In this document: positions 25,781 through 36,991 of the stretch, one piece after another
How positions within the stretch are numbered: position 1 is the stretch's first letter
Layout: the number at the start of each line of letters is the position of its first letter
DNA from: Octopus vulgaris
Lineage: Eukaryota
DNA length: 64,000 nt
Assembly: GCA_951406725.2 (NCBI GenBank)
Contig: OX597822.1
Span: forward strand, 86,242,001 to 86,306,000
Direction: 5' to 3'
The notes under the pieces: model-generated
The model's input: only the letters and a program-made list of their open reading frames with translations
What the model was told of the DNA's origin: nothing
Database searches by the model: none
Position numbers and translations under genes: made by a program

Positions 25781-26345
25781 AGTTAATCCAAACATGAAAA
25801 CACAAAGAGAAAACACAACAACACGAGGACATGGAACAAATGTAGTATTATTGGACGCTCAGGAAGGAAGGGAAGAAGGAGGGTTTAACATTTCGAGCGG
25901 AGCTCTTCGTCGGAAATATAGGAGAAGGAAAGATCCAGAGAAGGGAAAACAGAGGAAAAAAAAAATATATATATATATATATCCATATATATATCTCCTC
26001 TCTCCTCCTCCACTCTCTCTCTCACTCTCCCCTCTCTACACTACACCATATGACATTACACATCACATCATACATACATACATACACACGTCCAGACCTT
26101 TCATATGCACCACATACTCTCTCATACACACACGCACCCTTATGTTGGGGCGAAGTCATTTGACCCTGTTATCTCCCCTATTTTCGCTCTTGCGTCTCAC
26201 GTTTGATCTCTGACTTCTGGCCAGAATCGCCATGTTGAATCGCTAGCTTCTGCATGCATTTTTTTTCTCCTTGTTTCTTTTCTGTGTATCTTTCTGTTGA
26301 AGAGCGTAGGCTCGAAACGTAAAAGACTTGTTTTATTTATATTCT
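25781..26345. mobile_element. Penelope-type terminal (pLTR) fragments in opposite orientations with hammerhead-like motifs
   Basis: Minus 25881-25916 reads CCGACGA-a-gagc-tcc-gctc-GAAA. Plus 26289-26326 reads tcttt-CTGTTGA-a-gagc-gtag-gctc-GAAAC-gTA-aaaga. 25781-25965 is repeated at 27768-27950. Confidence 0.6.
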
Positions 26346-26359
26346 TGGAGGCTACGGTT

Positions 26360-27710
26360 ATGGTAGAACTGGAGGAGAAGTTTCAGGTGTGGAAGCAAGG
26401 TTTAGAATCGAGGGCCTTAGAATCAACCTAGCCAAAACCAAAGTCCTAATAAGTAGGAAGGTAGACCAATCACAAACGCCTTCAGGTAGATGGCCCTGCT
26501 CGATCTGTAGAAAAGGCGTAGGTAGAAACTCTATAAGATGCACCAAATGTAAGCTATGGACACATAAGAGATGTAGTAATGTCAAAGGAAGACTAACTAG
26601 GAAAATAGTTTTTATCTGTGGCAGATGCTCAGGAGCAATAAACTCTGAAAATATGCAGAGACCAACTTCTACCACGTTCCAGGGAGAAAAACTAGAAATA
26701 GTTGACAGCTTCCGCTACCTAGGTGACCAAGTCAGTAGCGGGGGCGAGTGTGCTGAAAGTGTAACTGCTAGAGTAAGAATAGCCTGGGCAAAGTTTAGAG
26801 AGCTCTTACCCCTGCTGGTGACAAAAGGCCTCTTGCTCAAAGTAAAAGGCAGACTGTATGATGTATGTGTACGTACAGCCATGCTACATGGTAGTGAAAC
26901 ATGGGCTGTGACTGCTGAGGATTTGCGTAAGCTCACAAGAAATGAAGCTAGTATGCTTCGATGGATGTGTAATGTCAGTATCCATAATCGACAGAGTGTA
27001 AGTACCTTGAGAGAAAAGTTTGGACCTAAGAAGCATCAGTTGTTGTGTGCAAGAGAGACGATTGCGCTGGTATGGTCATGTGGCGAGAATGGATGAAGAT
27101 AGGTGTGTGAAAAAGTGCCACACCCTGGCAGTTGAGGGGACCTGTAGAAGAGGTAGACCCAGGAAAACCTGGGACGAGGTGGTGAAGCACGACCTTCGAA
27201 CTTTAGGTCTCACCAAGGAAATGACTGGAGACCGAGACCTCTGGAAGTATGCTGTGCATGAGAAGACCCGGCAAGACCAGTGAGAACAGTCATCAGAAAG
27301 CAGAACCAAAATTGAGGCCGATCAACACCAGTGGAAGTTGCAGCTGTGGTTAAGCGAACCATCCGATCGTCGTGTCCGCTGCCAGCCTCGCCTGGCCCCC
27401 ATGCCGGTGGCATGTAAAAGCACCATGTGCTTGCGTCCGTTGCCAGCCTCGTCTGGCCCCCGTGCTGGTGACATGTAAAAGCACCATCCATTCGTGGCCG
27501 TTTGCCAGCTCCGTCTGGCACCTGTGCAGGTGGCACGTAAAAAGCACCCACTACACTCACGGAGTGGTTGGCGTTAGGAAGGGCATCCAGCCGTAGAAAC
27601 ACTGCCAGATCTGACTGGGCCTGATGTGGCCTTCCGGCTTCACAGACCCCATTTGAACTGTCCAACCCATGCTAGCATGGAAAACGCACGCTAAATGATG
27701 ATGATGATGA
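26360..27710 (+). mobile_element. RTE-PHD LINE 3' copy
   Basis: Near-identical to 19145-20647, including WPCSIC...CTKC..H..C...CGRC, the tandem repeats and the (GAT)n tail. Confidence 0.92.
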
Positions 27711-27987
27711 TATCCATATATATACATATATATATATCCATATATATATATATATATATATATAAAGTTAATCCAAACAAGAAAACACAAAAAAAACACA
27801 ACAACGCAAGGACGTGGAACAGATATAGTATTATTGGACGCTCAGGAAAGAAGGGAAGACGGAGGGTTTAACGTTTCGAGCGGAGCACTTCGTCGGAAAT
27901 ATAGGGGAAGGAAAGATCCAGAGAAGGGAAGACAGAGGAAAAAAAATCACCAACGGTACACATGAGGTCACATATATATATATATAT

Positions 27988-28135
27988 CATCATCATCATC
28001 ATCATCATCGTTTAACGTCCGTTCTCCATGCTAGCATGGGTTGGACGGTTCGACCGGGGATCTGGGAAGCCAGAAGGCTGCACCAGGCTCCGGTCTTATC
28101 TGGCAATGTTTCTACAGCTGGATGCCCTTCCTAAC

Positions 28136-28138
<3 letters not shown>
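27988..28138 (-). mobile_element. RTE LINE 3' tail fragment
   Basis: (ATC)n then gtttaacgtccg..ccatgctagcatgggttggacgg...ggatgcccttcctaacgcca. Confidence 0.8.
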
Positions 28139-28203
<65 letters not shown>

Positions 28204-28216
28204 TGTATATATATGT

Positions 28217-28312
<96 letters not shown>

Positions 28313-28470
28313 ATATATATATATATATATATTTATTTATGTATAAAAGGTGATAATAATCCAGGTTTCTGTATGCACTGGGCCACTCGGTGTTGAATAG
28401 CGTTACTATTAAATTAGTATCTAATTCTATCACCCTTATTAATTAATTATATATATATATATATATATAT

Positions 28471-28510
<40 letters not shown>

Positions 28511-28659
28511 ATATATATATATCCATATATATATATATCTCCATATACATATATATATATCTATATATATATAACCATATATATATATATCCATATACAT
28601 ATATATATATACATATGTATATATATATATATATATGGAAATTCATTTTGGGACTTTCT

Positions 28660-29563
28660 TCTATCGAAGGCATCCTAACAAAAATGCTTCCGTATGAACG
28701 GTGAAAATATTGTCAATTTCCCCAAACAGGGACACAATTCAATTTTTAAACAACAACCAAAGCTCCTTCTCCGAAAGGGGTGGGGGTTACAGTTTACAAT
28801 TATTTAACAAATGCAATACAACAACGTTTCCCTTACGAGGAACCAATAACAAGAGTTAAACAGTAATAATAATAACAACAAACAACAAACCTTACGGTGA
28901 ATTAAAAAGCAGTATGCAGTTGAAGCTATAGTCCTTTATGTATAAGAAATAAACCAACAGCAGTACTCAGTAGAAGCGGCTGTTCGAGAAAACAGACATT
29001 ACATACAGCCAAACTTCATAAAGATACTTAATGCTAGCTAATTAGCAGATATTCTAATGTAAAAGCCATGGTAAATGGTATGTGCACAGCTCCATCTGGA
29101 CTATTCTATTTCTGCACATCAATTTTATTTTTAATTTATTCCTATTCATGTGAAACCACTTATTCAAGTTCAAGTTATTGATGCAATTTTATATCAATTG
29201 CTATTTTTAATTTTTATTATGTTACGATTATGTTATACTTTAGTTTGATTTTAATTATTACTAACCACATATAATTCAATCTTTATTATTATCTCTAATT
29301 TTTATTGTTAAAGTGAAAGTATCTGACATAAAATAGAGAAATGTTTTTGTTTCACTTTTAACACGTAATACTGAAATAGTGGAGAAGATATGATATTGCT
29401 ATGGGCTCGCCCTAGGCAAGAAGTTGAACATTTTTTTTGCCTATGAATCTACATGGACCTTAAGTAAGGCATGTGTAAAATTTGAATGAAATTGGTTGTG
29501 TAGTTCTCAAGTTTTAGGGAAACACACAGACAGACAGACAGACAGGCAGACACACATTCTCAG

Positions 29564-29570
<7 letters not shown>
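28660..29570 (-). mobile_element. Non-autonomous Helitron 5' part (probably the other end of copy 2)
   Basis: 29331-29570 closely matches 11508-11745, including the (ACAG)n seed and the cattctcagtttt terminus. The left boundary is uncertain. Confidence 0.6.
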
Positions 29571-29599
<29 letters not shown>

Positions 29600-30378
29600 C
29601 CTGGTAGGGTGTAAAGTTGGGGTATTTCCAGGGAAGCACTCAACCCAAATATTGAGCTATCAACACAGTCAGGTTCCAGGCCAAAGCTGGAATTCCTCAG
29701 ATGTAGAAAATCCAAGTCACACCATAAAGTGGGTTTGGCAAAGAGTAAATAATCCAAATGAGAAGAAGACAAAGAAAATTCTTTAACACATCTTTAATAA
29801 TCCGTTATAATCATTTCTGTACCAACTTTGCTTGCAATGCCTGTTTATGCAAAAATTCGAAGTGAAACTTTATGTAATGTTTGTAGTTTTAGACATTAGA
29901 AAGGCACTTCATCAAACTTGCATCAACTGTGGTTATGGAATGAGTAACTGGGAGTAAAGGTTATGTACATAATCTCTACCCCCAAGAGGATGATTATGGA
30001 CAACTGCTTTGAAAACTCCAGCTTCTATATCCAGATTACAAACTTACACTTCTACCAATAAAAATTGGGGCACTTTGTTTTGTAAGTAAATGCCTAAGTG
30101 ACCAATCTGTTTAAGCAAGGGTTTTCAGAAAAAGAAATCAACCAACTAACTCACACATTACAAATACAATCTGTAAGCAGAACAGTAAAAACGTGCAAGA
30201 CTTTTTAAAAGTTTAAAGTGTGACATTGGTTTGGTTATCTATATTTCAACAATAGAGCTTTTTATCTTAGTTAGAAACCAACCCCATCTTCAGAAGAATA
30301 ATTTAAATAATTAAAAACAGAAGAGTACATACATACAGGTTTGGTGATGCAAACAGAAAAATAGAACTCAAAACATGA

Positions 30379-30410
<32 letters not shown>

Positions 30411-30412
30411 AA

Positions 30413-32748
30413 TCATCATCAGCATCATCATCATCATTATTATTGTTTAATGTCTGTTTTCCATGCTGCCATGGGTTGGACAGTTTGACAGGAGCTGGGA
30501 AGTTGTCCAGACTCTGAATTGTCTGTTGTGGCATGGTTTCTACAGCTGGATGCCCTTCCTAATGCCAACCATTCGGTGTGTTTATGCAGTATCATCACAA
30601 ATGCACTTTACGTGGTACTGGCACCTGTAAAGGACAGTCTTGTATGTATGGAGGACAGTGATTTTTACTTGACTTGGCATGGCTTCTCAACTTCAGCAAA
30701 TCACCACAACTCCTGATCCATTGACATTTTCACAGTGAGGATCAGCATCTGAAGATCCTTTCCCACCCCTTCATCCCATGTTTTCCTGGGTCTACCCCTT
30801 CCACATGTTCCCTCCACATTTAGAGCTTGGCACTTTTTTATGTAGCTGTCCTCTTTCATATGCATCACATAACCATACCAATGTAGTCTTCTCTCTTGCA
30901 TACAACATCTGATGCCTATTATACCCAGTTTTCCTTTTGAATCATTTACACTCTGTCATGTGTGCACACTGACATTAGACATCCAGTGGAGCATGATAGC
31001 TTCATTTGTTTCAAGCTGTCACAAGTCCTCTGTAGTCAAGGCCCATGTTTCACTGCCATGTAACACAGCTGTACATACACAGGCATCATACAATTTACCT
31101 TTCACTCTGAAGGAGAGGTCTTTAGTTACCAACACAGGTAAAAGTCATCTGAACTTTGCCCAGCCTGTTCTTATGATGACATGGTGGTGCAACTATGCTT
31201 TCAGAATGTCCTCTTGGTCTCCTAGGTAACAGAAGCTATCTGCTACCTCTAATGATCCCCCTGAGCATTTGAGGAAGTCTATTGTCTGTGCATTTTTAGT
31301 GCATATTGTACTTGCACATTTGCCACACCCAGGCTATTTTCTCTTTTAACCTTCCTGTGATACCACTATACCTCTTATGTGTCCAAAGCTTGCACTGGGT
31401 ACATTGTATGGAATTTCTACCAACACCTTTCTTACATTTCAAGCAGGGCCATGTGATTTCTCTGCTTTCCTACTTACTAGGGCTTTGGTCTTTCCTAAAT
31501 TATCTCTAAAGCCTTTAGATTCCAGACCTTGCTTCCATACCTGAAATTTCTTCTGTAGGATTCAGCAATAAGAACAAGGTCATCAGTGTAGAGGAGCTCC
31601 CAAGGCAACCAGTCTTAAATTCCTCTGTTATAGCTTGGAGGACTATGATAAGCAAGAAGGAGACTGAGAACTGATCTTTGGTGAATTCCTACTTATACAC
31701 TATACACTTGCTATACTTGTTGCCAACCTTCACCTTATTGACAGCATCTATATACATAGCTTGTATGACTCTCACAAACCACTCATCTATTGCTAGCTTC
31801 TGCATTGACCACCAGATAAGGGAACAGGGTACCCTGTCAAAGGCTTTCTTTATGTTGACAAAAGTCAAATATTGAAGTTTATCTTTGGCTAAATACTTAT
31901 GAAGTTGCCTTACCAGGAATATAGCATCAGTTGTGCTTCCATGCATAAAACCAAACTGCATCTCATGTAGGGTAATTCTCTTTGTAATTACTTGAGCTAT
32001 AACCTCCTCTATAACTTTCATTACCCGGTCCAGCAGTTTGATACCTCTATCATTATTCCTGTCTAAGGCATTACCTTTACCTTTGTAGCAGCTGACTATA
32101 GTACTGCTACACCAGTCATTGGGTATGACTCCCTTGAGCACAACCTAATTAATTATATGAATGACTAAGCCATATCCCACTCTGCCAGATATTTTAAGCA
32201 TCTCAGCAGTGATTCTTGATGAGCTGGGGGACTTTCCCTGTTTTCATATCCTTAGTTGCTTTATCTACCAAGCTACTGTAAATTCAGGTCCCTCAGTTTA
32301 GTCTACATTAGGCAGACTCTCCTTTTCCCATGCATTCTCTATATTTAGTAGCCTTCCATAATGGCATTTCTAAACCTCTTTCTTTGCAGAATCATTAGCG
32401 GCAAGTGAACCATCTTCTATGTGGTCACACTCCTCTGCTATGGCATCACAATTTTCGCTTACAAACTGTTTTGCAATCTGAAACACTTCAAGCCTCTGGT
32501 CCTCATGCTGCAGAATATTTGCAAGCTTCTTTACTGCTTCTCCCCTGGCTAAATATACCTGTCTCCTAGCTTCCCTTCTGGCTATATGATACAGCTCCTT
32601 GTTACCACCACACTTCTAGTCTTCTCAGGCTTCTTTCTTCTCTCTAATAACTTTGTCAGCTACACTATTCCACTACCATGTCACCTTAAGTCGAAAAGGG
32701 ACCTTGCACCAAACACAAATTTGGTCAGTGGCCCTTAACAAGTTGTCG
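30413..32748 (-). mobile_element. Older RTE-PHD LINE copy, decayed and CpG-depleted
   Basis: [10 protein letters not shown]...[18 protein letters not shown] and RRLHWYG..TCGRGRPRKTWDE, with the tail at 30413-30630. Confidence 0.88.
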
Positions 32749-33050
32749 AGGGCGCATGGCTTAGTTGTTAGGGTAGTTGCTCACGCGATGGTGCTTTCAA
32801 TTCCTAGGCTGGATGGTGCGTTGCGTTATTGAGCAAAATACTTCATCTCCCATTGCTCTGCATTCACTTCAACACCTGACGTAGGATACACTGAGCCCCT
32901 GTTCCGGTAACGTCGATACAATGGAGAGAGTGAGCTGATGTACAACACAAACATTTGATCTCTATAAACAAATCATTTCTGCAGGTTGTTCAACAAAAAA
33001 GAAAAAGGAAAAAAAATGAACTCATACATCGTCTCCGACGCGAGATTCCA
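32749..33050 (+). mobile_element. tRNA-derived SINE (second family)
   Basis: gggcgcatggcttagttgttag (A box), tttcaattcc (B box-like), ttgagcaaaatacttcat core. Confidence 0.6.
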
Positions 33051-33065
33051 TCATATATGAATTAT

Positions 33066-33223
33066 TAATAATCGGTAGAAGTAGCAAAGTGACTCAAGGG
33101 CCGAGAGTTTCGAGCATTGGCACTTATCAAACTGGTTTCAAATTTAGTTAAAAACCGTTTGGTAAGTGCTAATACACGAAGCTCTCGGCCCTCCGAATCC
33201 TAAGTAACTTCCACCGATTATTA
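33066..33223. repeat. Imperfect ~70-bp-arm inverted repeat with decayed hammerhead-like motifs
   Basis: taataatcggtagaagt...gggccgagagtttcg...cacttatcaaac pairs with gtttggtaagtg...cgaagctctcggccc...acttccaccgattatta. Confidence 0.75.
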
Positions 33224-34369
33224 GTTAATATATGTGTGTGTGTGTTTAGATTTTTGTGTATGTGCATGTACGCTTGGTTGTCCCCCAGGTCGCGCACTTC
33301 GCTCTTACATTAGATTGAAAACTATAAAAACATACTTTTTTTAATGCAAATTTCAAGATCAAAGATGCAGCCTCTCAAAATTTGCGGGCAATGACTGGAC
33401 AAAGATATCTTTAAAATGTTATAGCATTTTAAAATCTCTTAAAGCAAAGAAAAGTACGACTGCTGGTCACATACTTCTTGTCAACTACGGATTGGGGTAG
33501 CATAGTACAGGAAAAATTTCTCAATCAGCTTTATTACAGAAAGACGCACGTCTATTAGTATTTAACCTTGTAGTTACATGAATAAGTATGTAAAATTATC
33601 TATTTTTATATTTCACACCACTTGTATTGAATCTTTGTCTTTTCTTTCATTCACGTGTAAGTGAATGTGAATTTACGTTTGTGATGATACAGTTCAGTGG
33701 GAAACTCGTCCTTTCGAGCGCAACAAGCAAAAATCAGAAATGGAATTTCGAAACGAAACGAAAGAATTTCAAAATGTATAAAAATGGGGTGTGGTTGCCA
33801 AGCCGTGTGGTCAATCTGGGTTAATGGCTATGTATAAAGTTTCGAATCCAGTCACTTGCATTATATCATGATTACAAAATAAAATATATATTGAAAGAAT
33901 GCCTATATTTCTATAACTCTACCTGTTACGTTTGTGAAAAACTGTTTCCCCTGTTAGAAACAGCGATTTATTTACTATTATTTTTTTTTTTCATCGTAAA
34001 ACGCTTTTCAAAATAAATAATAAAATGGTGGGTGATTTGTTTCCCTGACTGACATAAAAGTCCTCTTTAATTTCTTGTTTATAAAGTGCATGCAACAAAA
34101 TAATATACTTAGAAAAATGAAAATTTCTTTATTTACTTTTAAAAATTATTTCGTATTTATACTCTGATAAAAACAAATTAAAAGAATGAGAAATATTTTT
34201 TTTTTCAACCGCAGAAAAAATTAATTTTGATATTATCTAGCATTAAAAAAAAAAATGCTTATAAACGATTGTTTCAATTGTACTGTAAATTATATTCTTA
34301 ACACTTGAAAGGTGTAGGTACATTTTGAGTGAGTGCACAAACTACTGTATATATTAATTTTATGCAGTT

Positions 34370-34615
34370 AGCAACACAGGTGATATATATCCTGGTAATA
34401 TGTATGTTATACGTTGTGTGCAATGTATATCTGTAATATAAATGTCGTTATACAGCGTAAAGTTTATGATATATATGCTGTGTGCAGTGTAAAGTCTGTA
34501 ATATATAAATGTATGCAATATTAAGTATGTAATATAAACGTGTGCAACGTAAAGTTTAATATAAATGCTGTGTGCAATGTTATGTCTGTTAGCATATAGG
34601 TTGTGCGCTGTGCAA
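34370..34615 (+). repeat. Degenerate ~35-bp tandem repeat upstream of hnRNP K
   Basis: Recurring tgtgtgcaatgta(a/t)...tgtaatataaat units. Confidence 0.6.
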
Positions 34616-34669
34616 AGCTTGTGGTGGTGTACGTCAACGTGTGGGGAGTAACATAACGATCTCTAATAC

Positions 34670-35150
34670 TGGAGGTAGAAAAGCTGCCTGTTTGGCGGCC
34701 ATCTTAACTAATCCTGGTTTTTTGTTGACAGATTCGCTTTTTCTGTTATTACTGCCGTTGTCAACCGACTTACAGGTATTTCTGGCGTCTTTGTCACGCG
34801 TCACGTTATTTATGAACCTTCAAAATAATCCTGTATACCAAACAAATTTAACGTCTATTTCTGACAATTCTGCATTCACTTTACAGATAACGTGTTTTGA
34901 AATTCAAAAAAGTAATTCCTCTTTCACTATTTTACCCCACTACCAAGACTATATTCTGTTTTAATTTCTGTGTAATTATTTTGAAAACCAATAATCAAAG
35001 AAGAAGGAACACACCTTCCGCCCCTACATCTGTTTAACTTTACTGCTTTATTTCAAATAACAACTACATCACTTTACCACAATACATATTTTTACATTTT
35101 TACTTCCTCTCCCCCTCACCGATTTCAACAGTTACTATTTTTTCCCAGAG
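34670..35150 (+). promoter_or_regulatory. Putative hnRNP K promoter / non-coding first exon and 5' UTR intron
   Basis: CpG-retaining region with a YY1-type motif GCGGCCATCTT at ~34695. Candidate donor CAG|GTATTT at 34775/34776. Polypyrimidine acceptors end at 35131 or 35148. Confidence 0.45.
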
Positions 35151-35295
35151 TCAAATATTTTATTTAAATTGCTTTGCTTTATTTTGTTTTTTTTTCTTTA
35201 TCATATTCCTTAAATTGTTATTAATCAGCAACCCCAAAATATTACACTCCGTTGTCAGCGGTAACTTGGATATATAATTTTTTTTTGTTGGAGAT

Positions 35296-36381
35296 ATGGA
35301 TAACAAAGAAGGTCTGACAAAACGACCTCTCGAAGACGTTGATTGCTCTGCTATGAAGAGACCACGTGGAAGTAAAACACGGATCGATGTCCGTGTTTTA
35401 CTCCAGAGTAAAAATGCCGGTGCCATCATAGGCAAAGGTGGTAACAACATTAAAAGACTACGAAACGACTTCAAAGCAAATATCACAGTCCCCGATTGTT
35501 CGGGACCGGAGAGGATCCTAACTGTCAGTACTGACCTCGAAACTGCCCTGGAATGTTTGTTGGATATCATTCCCTCATTGGAAGAATATAAACAATACAA
35601 AAACGGTCAGGATTTTGATTGTGAAGTTCGAATTTTGGTTCATCAGAGTCAAGCTGGTTGTATAATTGGCAGAGCTGGCTTTAAAGTTAAAGAATTGCGC
35701 GAAAAAACCGGTGCCAATATCAAAATTTACTCATTATGCTGTCCCCAGTCTACAGATCGCGTTGTTGCGATGTCTGGACACCCACCTGTGGTCACAGACT
35801 GTATAAGACATATCTATCAGCTCCTGGAGGCTGCACCCCCGAAAGGCGTCATTGAACCTTATGATCCTCACAATTTTGAAGAGTTTTATGCCAACGATTA
35901 CGGTGGTTTCACATTTACTGAGGGAGGACGTGGCCGGTTTCCTCGAGGTTCTTCCTCTATGCGTGGGAATTCCGCAGCACCATTAATGGGACAACAGATA
36001 AGAGGGAGGTCCATGATGAGTGGCGGTAACGGAGGTGGAGGTGGTGGCGGTGGCGGTGGTAATGGAATGAACCGAGGAGGTGGAGGAACCAGTGGACTTC
36101 CTAGTTTACTGGGTAATGCAAATTGTCGCAATAATATTGGAATGCGCGGAAATGCCGTAAACAGCCTCATGCGAAATCCAGTAGGTGTAATGAATGGTAG
36201 CATGGGAGGTGGGCCTTCCTCTCGATGTAGTGGTGGAATGGGTGGACGAAATGACAACCAACCAAATTATTACGGCGGAAACCAGCAGAACTTTGGTGTG
36301 CAAAACTACTCGCAAAACAGATTGAATAGCGGAGGGATGCCGAATCAACAGAGCATGCTTTTTGGCAGAGGTCATAACTAA
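35296..36381 (+). CDS. HNRNPK: Heterogeneous nuclear ribonucleoprotein K-like, single coding exon, 361 aa, KH1+KH2 plus Gly/Asn-rich tail
   Basis: Bipartite NLS KRPLED..KRPR. KH1 LLQSKNAGAIIGKGG...VPDCSGPERIL. KH2 DCEVRILVHQSQAGCIIG...CCPQSTDRVV. Followed by PPKG..PYDP..YGGF and an RGG/Gly-rich region. Intact ORF. Confidence 0.93.
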   Translation: MDNKEGLTKRPLEDVDCSAMKRPRGSKTRIDVRVLLQSKNAGAIIGKGGNNIKRLRNDFKANITVPDCSGPERILTVSTDLETALECLLDIIPSLEEYKQYKNGQDFDCEVRILVHQSQAGCIIGRAGFKVKELREKTGANIKIYSLCCPQSTDRVVAMSGHPPVVTDCIRHIYQLLEAAPPKGVIEPYDPHNFEEFYANDYGGFTFTEGGRGRFPRGSSSMRGNSAAPLMGQQIRGRSMMSGGNGGGGGGGGGGNGMNRGGGGTSGLPSLLGNANCRNNIGMRGNAVNSLMRNPVGVMNGSMGGGPSSRCSGGMGGRNDNQPNYYGGNQQNFGVQNYSQNRLNSGGMPNQQSMLFGRGHN

Positions 36382-36850
36382 TTACCAGTTTTGTTTTTCC
36401 CCTCATTTCATGAAATGTCCTGGCTCATCATTATTTTCTGGTGATTGGTTGTGAAAGTTTGATATAGATTACAGAAAAAAGAAAAATTTCAAAAACGTTT
36501 TAAAAAAAAATGTTGCGGAGAAAAATTTCAAAGAGAATTCTTTATGGAGCAAATACAACATTCTGTTATTAAAAAAAAAAATCCCTGTGTGAACTTAAAT
36601 AGTTTTCTGCCATTTCATCACTATTTTATACCATTTCATTATGGCAGTGTTGTAGATAAACTTGAACTACATGTATATGTTTTCATACACAATCACGTGT
36701 ATGAATATCTATGTGTATACATACATACACACAAACACATACATACACATATATATATCCATGTCTGCATATATTTACACATGAATATCATTTTTAACAA
36801 TATATAATACAAACATCTTCATATGCACTTACAGGCACATTTACATACAC

Positions 36851-36897
<47 letters not shown>

Positions 36898-36943
36898 TTC
36901 ATACATACATAGTAATGAACACATTTGTATCTTGATTCATGTA

Positions 36944-36991
<48 letters not shown>

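Noticed and set aside
35898-36406. Antisense Pro-rich ORFs over hnRNP K
   Set aside because: By-product of Gly codon runs on the sense strand.
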